A stretch of 64,000 nucleotides of DNA from Octopus sinensis (lineage: Eukaryota). The stretch covers positions 88,598,001-88,662,000 of the forward strand of contig NC_043003.1 of NCBI RefSeq assembly GCF_006345805.1, given 5' to 3'. The notes beneath the pieces were generated by a model that was given only the letters and a program-made list of their open reading frames with translations, was not told the DNA's origin and searched no databases. Each line of letters begins with the position of its first letter. Within the stretch, counting starts at the first letter, position 1. The translations under genes were made by a program, and so were the position numbers. Positions 1-10,140 of this stretch are shown here, one piece after another.

Positions 1-1160
1 GTTCTGCACAGAAATGAAAGATGAGACTCAGTTGGTGGAGAATTTAGTGAAACGTTTGCAGTGAAGCATGGTGTGCAGCAGAGGTGTATGTTTACCCTTA
101 CACTCTTCTCTCTTTACATCACAGTTTTGCTTTGACACCATGAGGGTCAATCTGCACAAGGGGTTTCATCTGCATCAGAACAGATGGGAAGCTCTTCAAC
201 TTGGCCTATCTTCATGTTTCCACCAAATTCACCGAATTGTGTGTCAAAGAGCTGCTCTACGTAAACGACTCAGTGCTCGTGGCCAGCAGCATTGAAAACA
301 TGCACCACATTGTGGATCTGTTTTCTTGTGCAGCAAACATGTCTTGTCTCAAGATCAACACTACCAATTTCCAACAAGATGTCCTAATAGATCACGAGAG
401 CCAAAACCAGTGACAGTACAAGGAAAGCCCCTAAAGTACACAGAAACTTTTGCCTATCTTGGCAGTGCATTGACTTGTATTAACTCTTCTGACCTTGAAG
501 ATGAGAGGTGAATGCACTCTGCCACAAAGGCTTTTGGCTCTCTCAAGAAGCAGCTATGGAGCTGCCATGAGATTGCTTGCCACATGAAAATAAAAGTGTC
601 TCCTCTACATCATGGAATGTATGACCATCTACCACAGGCACATCAAAGCCTTGATGTGAGTCCAACTTCATTATCTGTGCTCTATCTTGCATATCAAATG
701 ATGGGATCTCATTCCTGATGTAGAGGTCCTGCACTGTACTGGTTCAGTTAGTGTAGAGGCCATCATTACCTCATTGCAGCTGTGTTGGGTGGGCCATGTT
801 TGTAGGGTGGGTGGTGGCAGGCTCCCAAAGACAGTTTGAACTGCATCAGGGCATGAGGAGCTGTGGTGGCCAGAAGTTGCAAAACAAGAATATGTTGAAG
901 AGACATATGAAGAACTCCAGCATCTCCACAGACAACTAGGAGAAGGCCCTATGATGCAAAGAATGGCAACAGTTGCTGTGCAGATGTTCATAATTCCAGC
1001 CATTGAGAACAACAAAGAGAATGCAAATGAGCACATGAAAGGCATCATTTCTTCATTGTGATAAGTAAATTCACCTGTAGCAGATGTTATCACCGACACA
1101 GTTCAAGAGCAGGCTTTGTGGCCCACATGCCAGTCAGAGATAACCTCTGAACAAAACAGT
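1..1160 (+). mobile_element. Degraded RTE-BovB-like LINE, 3' part of ORF2
   Basis: Broken frames give ETFAYLGSAL, SATKAFGSLKKQLWS and WVGHVCRVGGGRLPKTV...GGQKLQNKNMLK, matching the RTE/BovB C-terminus (WAGHVVRM...RIPK...GGQKKRYKD); many stops and frameshifts. Confidence 0.7.
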
Positions 1161-2369
1161 TAACATCGACTTATGATGAAGAGCCACTGTGTTGACATCA
1201 CATAATGCTTATAGGAAATGACAAGATATTTCTGTTGTCACACACACACATACAGAGGATCGTTACAGATCACCATGGTTTGTGGCTGGTTAAATTTTCC
1301 ATAATTTGTATAAAAACACATAATCAACAAAGTTTTTAGTATTTACTATTTACTATTTCTATATAAACTCAACCTATAAATAATTCGTAGCATGGTATGA
1401 AATAGACTTGGAAAGCTGATATTTAGAAAAAAAAAATTCATCAGAAATTGTTTCTACACAAGCAAAATTATAGTTCAACTTCAATTGAAATTATGATCAG
1501 CTTTTTTTTATTTTGCAATTCATGAGAGGATGAAAATAAAGTAAAATAAATAAATAGCATCAAGAGGTTAAGCTTTTATTAAAGTTAAATTTTATTTTTT
1601 CAGAATTCATACAATACAATTAAATCCCTTAAAAATTTGAGGATTTTAGCAACTGATTACATTGTTTATCTTTCATAAATCCTATGACAAGAGTTGAAAA
1701 TGATTTTTTTTTGTAACAAAAATTTGCCTGTACTCTTTTCATTTGTCACAAGTCCACCTTGTTCTGTAAGCCGAGTAGATTGTAATTAAAAAAAAAAGAA
1801 AAATTTATATTTGACAGGAAAAATACCTTTTTTTACTTGATTTCAAAATTTAAAAATCTGTGACACCAACAGAAAAAATATTTAAAAAAAAACAAACTTA
1901 GGTAATTTCGTATTTGACGTTCATAAAATCATAGTTATGCCCAAAGTTTATTTCAATAAAGCATTTAGTAGTCATAAGTGGTACACATTGCAAACAGCGA
2001 ATAAAACGTGAGGGAAAATGTTAGATTTATTTTGAACAGTTTCACTCTGGGTACATGTGAGAATTCTTCAATACCTCACGACAGGCATACAAAGCAATAT
2101 AAGTAGCTGAATCGGACAAAGATTGAGCCAGTAATTGAATGCCTTTGATTGATTGATTCTCTGCTGATCTGGAAGTATTTCGTAGGAAGATGCAGCAAGG
2201 CTTCCCGATGACATGCTAATTGAGTTGAAACTAAAGCAAATTCGATTTTACGGACGTCAAATAGGAAATTACCAGACCTTTCTCAGAGCAGAAAAAAAAA
2301 GGTGACTTATTTCTAACATCTGAAGTTTTCTGCTGAGGTCTTGATCCTTTTTTCGACTGTAATTTCAGG

Positions 2370-2460
2370 GGAATTCTACGCATGCGCAAACAAACATCCT
2401 GAAAAGCGTCAAGAAGTGGAGAGGGGCGACATGGAATTTTTTCTATGAAAATTTGAAATT
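2370..2460. promoter_or_regulatory. Candidate CpG-enriched promoter with NRF1/Ewg-like motif
   Basis: ACGCATGCGCA at 2378-2388 in a locally CpG-rich stretch; possible minus-strand donor GTAATT near 2272; no product recognised. Confidence 0.3.
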
Positions 2461-2914
2461 TAGAAAAATACTTTTCTAGATTCGTAATCTTTGTATTTTG
2501 CCACAAAGATTACAATAAATAAATTTATAAAATTCGGAAAAAAGTGAAAAATAAAAGATGGAGTCGGGGGAAAGAAATTAGTTTCGAAATTGTGGGGGTT
2601 TTTTTGGCAAAATCGTGTGTGTGTATGTATTAGATAAAGATAATTACGACTGGTCTATAGGGCGATTAGCTTTACGATATTTCCTCAGACCTTAATACAC
2701 GAAAAAAAAAAGACCTCGTTTGTTCAACACATTGACAAAGAATTAAATGCAAGGGATTACCTCCCTTAGACCGCTACCTTAAGTCGACGCGATCGACTTA
2801 TGGGTCCTGGGACTTCAATTGAAATTTCCTGAACTGAAAGCAGATTCCGTAAAGCTAAGCGCTTAATGGACGCAAAACCCAATGTAACCCCATAGACCGG
2901 ACATAACTATCTTT

Positions 2915-3132
2915 AATTCTATTTTACTCTAGGCACAAAGCCCGAAATTTTTAGGGAGGAGGCCAGTCAATTAGATCGATCCTAGTATGCAACTGGTTTT
3001 TAATTTATTTAACCTGAAAGGATGAAAGGCAAAGTTGCCCTTGGCGGAATTTGAACCCAGAGCGTAAAGACAGACGAAATACTACTAAGCATTTCGCCCG
3101 ACGTGCTAACGTTTTTGCCTGCTCGCCGCCTT
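2915..3132 (-). mobile_element. tRNA-derived SINE, family B
   Basis: Reverse complement of the AAGGCGGCGAGC...GTTCAAATTCCGCC...CCTTTCATCCTTTC family also seen at 9775 and 48850. Confidence 0.85.
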
Positions 3133-3335
3133 AATAACTATTTTAATTGCTCTTATGGATTTATGATTTACAGACGAAATATGTACGGTGTTGGCCAAAA
3201 GTCACCTAACAGTAAATCAAAATTACATAAATATTTAATATTCAATTTTATTTATTCATTCCATGAATGTTTAATAATCGAATGCTGTGAGTCAAAATCA
3301 CCGTTTTCTTTTTTTTCAACATTTACCTATTAGTG

Positions 3336-4745
3336 CTACTCTGGAGCAGTGGAAAACTGCCAGTGTCATTCCTCTGTTCAAAAAGGGCGACCGCACATCA
3401 CCTGTCAACTATCGCCCAGTCAGTCTCACTAGCTGTATTGCAAAACTGATGGAATCGTGTGTCAGAGAAACACTCTGGAACTTCTGGAGCTCTCACAGTC
3501 TCATCCGACCCTCACAATAGGGATTTGTCCCTAACTCCAGCTGCAGTGATCAGCTTGTCGAGTTCCTTGAGGACATTACTCAGATCACTGACAGTGGCTC
3601 ATGGGTAGATGTTGTCTACCTTGACTTTGCTAAGGCTTTCAACTCTGTGCCACACAAAAGGCTTATGGTGAAACTCTCTGCAATGGGTGTGAGGGATGAC
3701 CTTTTTAACTGGTTGAAATCCTTCATCCTCAGCCGAAAGGAGGTTGTCACAGTTCTAGGACAGCACTCTACACCATATGAGATGTCATCGGGTGTACCAC
3801 AGGGATCTGTCCTTGGTCCCCTCTTGTTTGTGGCATACATTAATGACATAGATGCCAATTTAAAGAATGCCACAGTATTGAAATATGCAGATGACATCAA
3901 GCTGTACCTTGAAATCAAGAGGACAGATCCTGATGTCTACAACTCTTTCCTGCAATCAGACTTAGACACAATGCAGCAATGGATCACAGACTGGCAACTG
4001 AAACTGGCTGTGGACAAGTGTACCACCATGCATTTTGGGAGAAAAAACCCTGCGTCCACATACTCCCTCCACAACACTGATATCAAGAAATCCTCTTGCA
4101 AGCGTGACCTAGGCATCACTGTCAGCAGTGATTTGCATTGGACAAAGCATATCTCTAAAATTGTCAAGAAGGCCGAGGGTGTCTTGGCATCACTCAGCAA
4201 GACTTTTGTTAGCCACTCTCCAGCCATCTATTTAAAACTGTATACAGCTATGGTACGACCACACTTGGAATTCGCATCATCAGTTTGGAACCCTTATCTT
4301 GCTCAGAACATTGACCTCCTGGAATCTGTCCAGAGACGTGCAACCAAACGCATACCCTCCATCAGATACCTACCATATTCTGAGCGCCTTGTTTCCCTGG
4401 GCATGGATTCACTGAAACTCCGGCGTCTGGCGACGGACTTGGTAAGCACCCACAAAGTTATCAACCACCTCACCAACAACAACACTGAACACCTTTTTGA
4501 TCTTCATGTGTCTAACACACGTGGACATGCCTACAAAGTCAGAAAACAACACAGCTCCCATGACTTTCGGAAACATTTTTTCACGCTCAGAGTTGCTGAA
4601 GCATGGAATAAACTGCCTGCGTCAGTTGTTGACTGCCATGACACTGCATCCTTTAAGGCCCTCATGCTTTCCGAAATCCGCCGAAACTACACCTGATTAT
4701 ATATACACTTTAGATGAGTTGTAGTGCACCTGAGCACTGTACACA

Positions 4746-4778
<33 letters not shown>

Positions 4779-4779
4779 T
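3336..4779 (+). mobile_element. 5'-truncated CR1-group LINE (RT and C-terminus) with (TTA)n tail and 8-bp TSD
   Basis: RT motifs YRPVSLTS, YLDFAKAFNSV, GVPQGSVLGPLLF, YADD, RDLGI; one in-frame TAG (3518-3520) joins ORFs 3287-3520 and 3647-4696; (TTA)n at 4746-4779; TATTAGTG at 3328-3335 and 4780-4787. Confidence 0.92.
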
Positions 4780-4976
4780 TATTAGTGAAGTCTCATAAAA
4801 TAATTTTTGTTTTAATCTTGGAATTAAATAGTTTTGATTTACTGTCAGGTGACTTTTGGCCAATCCTGGTATCTTTTCGGTTTATTTACATTTTGGAAGA
4901 AAAAAAGATACCTTTCCCCCATCCCTAATCCTTACCGTTAGAAAAAACTGCCGTTCAAACCGAAAAGATCCCAACC

Positions 4977-5019
<43 letters not shown>

Positions 5020-5079
5020 GAGGACATGGGGGGGGCGACAAATTTTTGGTGACCCTTATATATTCTTTTTTTCTTTGTC

Positions 5080-5236
5080 AAACAAATTGACCCCAGGATT
5101 CATTCTATGTAAGCCTTGTACTTATTCAACCGATCTCTCTTTTGCCGAACCGCTAGGTTACGGGGATGTAAACACACGAGCATCGGTTGTCAAGCGATGG
5201 TGGGGGGACAAACAGAGACACAAACATATACACACA

Positions 5237-5273
<37 letters not shown>

Positions 5274-5805
5274 TCATCGTTTAACATCTGCTTTCCATGC
5301 TAGCATGGGTTGGACGATTTGACTGAGGTCTGGCGAACCAGATGGCTGCACCGGACTCCAATCTGATCTGGCAGAATTTCTACAGCTGGAGGCCCTTCCT
5401 AACGCCAACCTCTCCGAAAGTGTAGTGGGTGCTTTTATGTGCCACCGGCACGATGGCTAGTTGCTCAAATGATGCTTTTTATGTGCCACCTGCACAGGAA
5501 CCAGTCCAGTGGCTCTGGCAACAACCTTGCTCAAATGCTTTTTTCATGTGTCACCAACACAAGTGCCAGTAAGGCAATGTAGGTAACGATCATGCTCAAA
5601 TGGTGCTTTTTCCGTGCCATCGGTACAGAGGCCAGTTTGTAGCTCTGGCAACAATCACGATCGTATGGTATTCTTAGTGCTCTAAAGCTTTGGTCAGCCT
5701 GAGGCTATAATAGAAGACACTTACTCAAGGTGCCACACAGTGAGATTGAACCTGGAACTATATGGTTTGTAAGCAAGCTACTTACCACACAGCCACTCCT
5801 GCTCC

Positions 5806-5810
<5 letters not shown>
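5080..5810 (-). mobile_element. tRNA-derived SINE, family A, split by an RTE 3' end inserted in its central (TA)n
   Basis: Head (reverse complement GGAGTGGCTGTGTGGTAAGTAGCTTGC...) at 5690-5810; body and tail (GCCGAACCGCTAGGTTACGGGG...) at 5080-5270. Confidence 0.8.
5271..5680 (-). mobile_element. RTE LINE 3' UTR fragment
   Basis: CATCATCGTTTAACATC...CTACAGCTGGAGGCCCTTCCTAACGCCAACC, homologous to the 3' UTR of the RTE at 10141. Confidence 0.85.
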
Positions 5811-5842
<32 letters not shown>

Positions 5843-5866
5843 ATATATATAAACACACATATATGT

Positions 5867-5902
<36 letters not shown>

Positions 5903-6524
5903 GTATACAACTGATGGAGGGGCAGTCTTTGTGTTACTTGCCCTGTTTTCCATTTTTTCTCTTGTTTGCATATTTAATTTGTTTGTTTTCGTACTTCTAG
6001 TGTTTACAGTTGGTGGCGTCCTGTACCCATATATGCATATATATATATTATTTATATTATTATTTCATTGTATGCCACGCATCCATTTCCAAGTAAGTTC
6101 ATCTTAACCATTTTGATGTAACTCTTCTCTGTACTGTTTTCTCCCCCATTCTTCTCTAATTCCCTTTTTCTCACCTTCACCACGTTCTATCTGTCTCTCT
6201 CTCTCTCTCGCCCTCTTTCTCCTTTTCTCTCTCACATTGCTTACATGTGACCATCGTCCATCTTCCTTTTCCTCACGTGACCATCTTTCTTTTCCTGCAC
6301 GACAACCTAAGGACTGGACATTTTCCATCTTTTCTCTTTTCAAAGAAATTATTTATCCCAGTGTTCATTATTTCCCCCTTGTTCTGGTCTAACAACCCTC
6401 CAGGTTTGTTTTCATTCAGTTTCCTTATATGTCTCCACTGTCCTGTCTCTGTTCCCAACTTTGAATCCCAGAATTTAATTTGGAAGTTATAGGAGCAACT
6501 GTCTTCAAAGACTCATATTGGACA

Positions 6525-7142
6525 TTCCTTTGATATAACTCGACAACTTTTGACAGTTCAGTTCAGATATCTTCAATATAACTTGACAATTTATTTCGGA
6601 TGTCTCTGTGACAGCTGCTAAAATGGGAGGAGGAGAAGGGTCTTGTCTATGTCTGTATGTGTGCCTGTTCTGTTTTTATGTATTTGTGTGTTGTGGAATA
6701 AAGATATAACGAAATTATGCCAGCAATGTCTCATTTTAAACTTGAAGAAAAATCTTCAATTCTGTTTTCTGTTTGGAAATTTGCAGATTTTATATACACA
6801 CATGAAGTAGGTAAGAACAAATATGCAAGGCCTTTTTTTCTTCTAGTTTAAAATAAAACATTGCTGGCATAATTTTGTTATATCTATATTCCACAACACA
6901 CAAATACATAGAAACAGAACAGCCACACACACACAGACAGACAGACAAGAACTAGCATGCACACACACACAGATACACAGACAAGAACAAGCACAAACAC
7001 ACAACCCATTAGCTTTCTTCCCCTCCTCCCATTTCAGCAACTGTCATGAAGATATCCAAAGTGAATTGTTGAGTTATAGCGAAGCTTTTCACGTAAAGTG
7101 TCAAATTGATGTTTTGAAGTTGTTGAGTTATATCGAAGGAAC
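6525..7142. repeat. Diverged long inverted repeat (MITE/foldback-like), arms about 6525-6775 and 6830-7142
   Basis: TTCCTTTGATATAACTCGACAAC...ATGGGAGGAGG...TTATGCCAGCAATGT...TTTTAAACT mirrored by AGTTTAAAA...ACATTGCTGGCATAA...CCTCCTCCCAT...GTTGTTGAGTTATATCGAAGGAA. Confidence 0.75.
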
Positions 7143-7149
7143 TTAGTTA

Positions 7150-8065
7150 TGGGGCAGAACTTAGTTATGAAATATTTTTCCATATTCCTCCTGAAGGAGG
7201 AGTCATTCTTTGGACATTTGTAGAAGGGAAAGATCTTAAATTTTCCTTGTCCACATGTATCTGGTGTTTACTCAGTGGTATCTTGCGCAGTTCCTCCTGT
7301 TGGACATGTTGTCGGTGAATCCTGGCTCGTTGGCATAAAGAATTTCCAGTTTCAGCTATATAATCCTCCTTGCACATGGGGCAGGTTATGCAGTATATTA
7401 CATTCTGCGTTTTGCAGTTCATATCTGCATTTATTTTAAATATGTGACCACTTTTAAATGTATTTGTAGGTGGGGTTACTGCAGATCCCACACCTATCAT
7501 CTCCGCACTCTTTTACAAAGAATTCAGTTTTAGTTTCTGAAGAGAATTTCGCTCTTGTTAGATGTTTCTTTAGGTTTTTGTCTTGTCGTCTACTGTTTTT
7601 TTATGCAATATTTATTTAGTATGTTTTCCATTTTGGGGCTTTGTAAGGCCATTGGCAGGTTTGAATGTATGATTTGGAACATGTTGGTAACTCCAGGGTT
7701 GTGTGTGTTTATGAAAGGGATAATGTTTCTTTATTTTTTTGTTTTGGGTGTCCTGAGTTGTGTGATGTCCAGTTTCATTGCTCTTGAGATTCTATTTTTT
7801 ATTAGTTGAAGTGGGTATTTTTGTTCTAGTAGGAAGTTTTTAAGTTCATCTAGCCTTATTAGTCATGTTTGTGAGTCAGTTACTATGCTGTATATGCGTC
7901 TTGCCATACTATATGGGATGTTTCTTTTTGTGTGGGATGGGTGGCATGAGTGGAAATTTAAATATTGGTGTGTATCAGTTTTTTTGTAGTGGATGTCTGT
8001 TGTGATGATGGAGTTGTGTATCTTGATGTTGATGTCTAGGAAGAGAAGTTCATTGTACCAACCAT
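7150..8065 (-). mobile_element. Penelope-like element fragment (RT thumb and GIY-YIG endonuclease)
   Basis: Minus strand gives LFLDINIKIHNSIITTDIHYK..DTHQYLNFHSCHPSHTKRNIPYSMARRI and NCKTQNVIYCITCPMCKEDYIAETGNSLCQRARIHR. Confidence 0.85.
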
Positions 8066-8672
8066 TATTGTTCTTATTTTACGTCCTTTGTTTGGAAGTA
8101 TTTTGTCTTGTAGACAAAGAACATAAAAGAAGAACAATAATTAACAAGTGAAGAACTAATGTGTAGTGCATGTTTATTTGGCAAGATGACAGTCCTGAAA
8201 TATAACAATATCTCAGCACACAAATTTTCATCAGGACTCTTAACTGTGTGTATTCCTATATATATATATATATGGTGGCTGCCCCCTCGTTATCGAGTGT
8301 GGCCATTGCATGAAGTTTAATCAATGTTGTTATTGTGCAATGTATGTGCAAGAAGATTTTTTTTTAAAGTGAGGAAAGGCTGTGCACTGAGTCAATCCCA
8401 CTCACTAAGCAACAGCAGCCATAATTCGAAAAGAAGAACAAGTCAACATCATCGGTAACCACTGAGCTGCAGGTTTTATGTCAGAGTTATCCCAGTTACC
8501 TGAGTTACCTTCTCCTAGCAGGATGCCCTAACAAAGGCTAGGAGTCCTTCACTCCCAATGGTTTAATCGTGCGATCGGGTATTCAGTCCGATTATTTCTA
8601 TCTTCCCACACATGATACAGCCTTAAGACATTTATTGGATGGCCGTTGACTCTCAAGAGTTCCTCCACCCTA

Positions 8673-8910
8673 TATTCTTTTACTCTTTTACTAGTTTCAG
8701 TCATTTGACTGTGGCCATGCAGGAGTACCACCTTTAGTTGAGCAAATCGACCCCAGGACTTATTCTTTGTAAGCCTAGTACTTATTCTATCGGTCACTTT
8801 TGCCGAACCGCTAAGTTACGGGGATGTAAACACACCAGCATCGGTTGTCAAGCAATGTTGGGAGGACAAACAGACACACACACATACATACATATATATA
8901 TATATATATG
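8673..8910 (-). mobile_element. SINE family A, 3' half
   Basis: TTTCAGTCATTTGACTGTGGCCATGC...GCCGAACCGCTAAGTTACGGGG...(CA/TA)n. Confidence 0.85.
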
Positions 8911-9011
8911 TGTGTAACAGCAAAAATTTATTAGTAAACATTATTATGATGTCTGAGTCAGTATTTGTGACGATAATTATTTGCTGTTATTTTATATATT
9001 TTTTATTCTAT

Positions 9012-9060
9012 CTAGTGTCAGCTCACGAGCCGTGGCCATGCTGGGGCACCGCCATTCATG
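9012..9060 (-). mobile_element. Isolated 3' tail of the CR1-group LINE family
   Basis: CAGCTCACGAGCCGTGGCCATGCTGGGGCACCGCCA nearly identical to 13807-13841. Confidence 0.7.
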
Positions 9061-9478
9061 ATTGCTTACTTTAAGATATGAAAGATAGACAATGCATGAA
9101 GTTTTAAGGAAATGTTTATTTACCGTTACGTTACAATACCTAGCCTTGACAGGCAGGTTTTGATTCATCCAAAAGCATGCTAAGTAAAGTTTGTATATGT
9201 GTCCTCTTCATTGTTTAGTAGTAGTAATTACAGAGAGAGATAGAATGATGTTGTAAGGGACAGAATTGATGGATGTTGTCTCACAGCTGCTGACAGGAAT
9301 TTTCATTTCTCTCGCTGACCATTATATTTTGTAGAGGTATCCCTTGTGATCATATTCTAGCTGTCCTTTCCTTAACTAACCGAGTTGTCATGAGCTGTCT
9401 GTTCAGTTGTGGACAAGTGATTAACTGATTTTTGCTTGGGGTGTGCTTGCTTATATAAAGATCCAGAAGGATAGATAC

Positions 9479-9681
9479 ATCATTGAGAATAATAGATTTA
9501 GTTCGTGGTCTTGTTATCTCTATTCTCACTTTTGGTGAAGTAGAAGATGTTAGAAAGGGTCAAGTAGTGAAAACATTATTTTGGCCTAGCTAAAGGCATC
9601 TGGAAAATGTAAAACTGCTGTCAGAGAAAAACCATTGTTCCATCGTGGGAAAAGTTCTGTTGCAGCGTTAATTTAAATTTG
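9479..9681. repeat. Left arm of 203-bp inverted duplication (partner 13543-13745)
   Basis: Read base by base: reverse-complement match with about 4 mismatches. Confidence 0.9.
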
Positions 9682-9719
9682 GCTAAGGTGGATTGAATCC
9701 ACTTCATGCATGTAAGATT

Positions 9720-9771
<52 letters not shown>

Positions 9772-9774
9772 TAT

Positions 9775-10000
9775 GGCGGCGAGCTGGTAGAAACGTTAGC
9801 ACGCTGGGCGAAATTCGTAGCAGTATTTCGTCTGTCGTTACGTTCCGAGTTCAAATTCCGCCGAGGTCGACTTTGCCTTTCATCCTTTCGGGGTCGATAA
9901 ATTAAGTACCAGTTACGCACTGGGGTCGATGTAATCGACTTAATCCCTTTGTCTGTCCTTGTTTGTCCCCTCTATGTTTAGCCCCTTGTGGGTAGTAAAG

Positions 10001-10004
<4 letters not shown>
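9775..10004 (+). mobile_element. tRNA-derived SINE, family B, full length
   Basis: A-box-like TGGTAGAAACG, B-box GTTCAAATTCC, central GGTCGACTTTGCCTTTCATCCTTTCGGGGTCGATAAATTAAGTACCAG, tail GTAGTAAAGAAATA. Confidence 0.9.
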
Positions 10005-10044
<40 letters not shown>

Positions 10045-10140
10045 TGCCTTTCGAAACACGTGTAGAATGAAATAAAACGATTTCTGTTCAATCTTCGTTC
10101 AACTCCATTTCTTAAATTCACTAATAATATATATATGTAT

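Noticed and set aside
2666-2858. 11-bp inverted repeat with central TAAGTCGA/TCGACTTA hairpin; similar TCGACGCGTCGA palindrome near 21004
   Set aside because: Too short, with no TSD or second full copy; could be chance
9775-9870. tRNA-like heads as tRNA genes
   Set aside because: A/B boxes are present but they are followed by SINE bodies and no cloverleaf is evident
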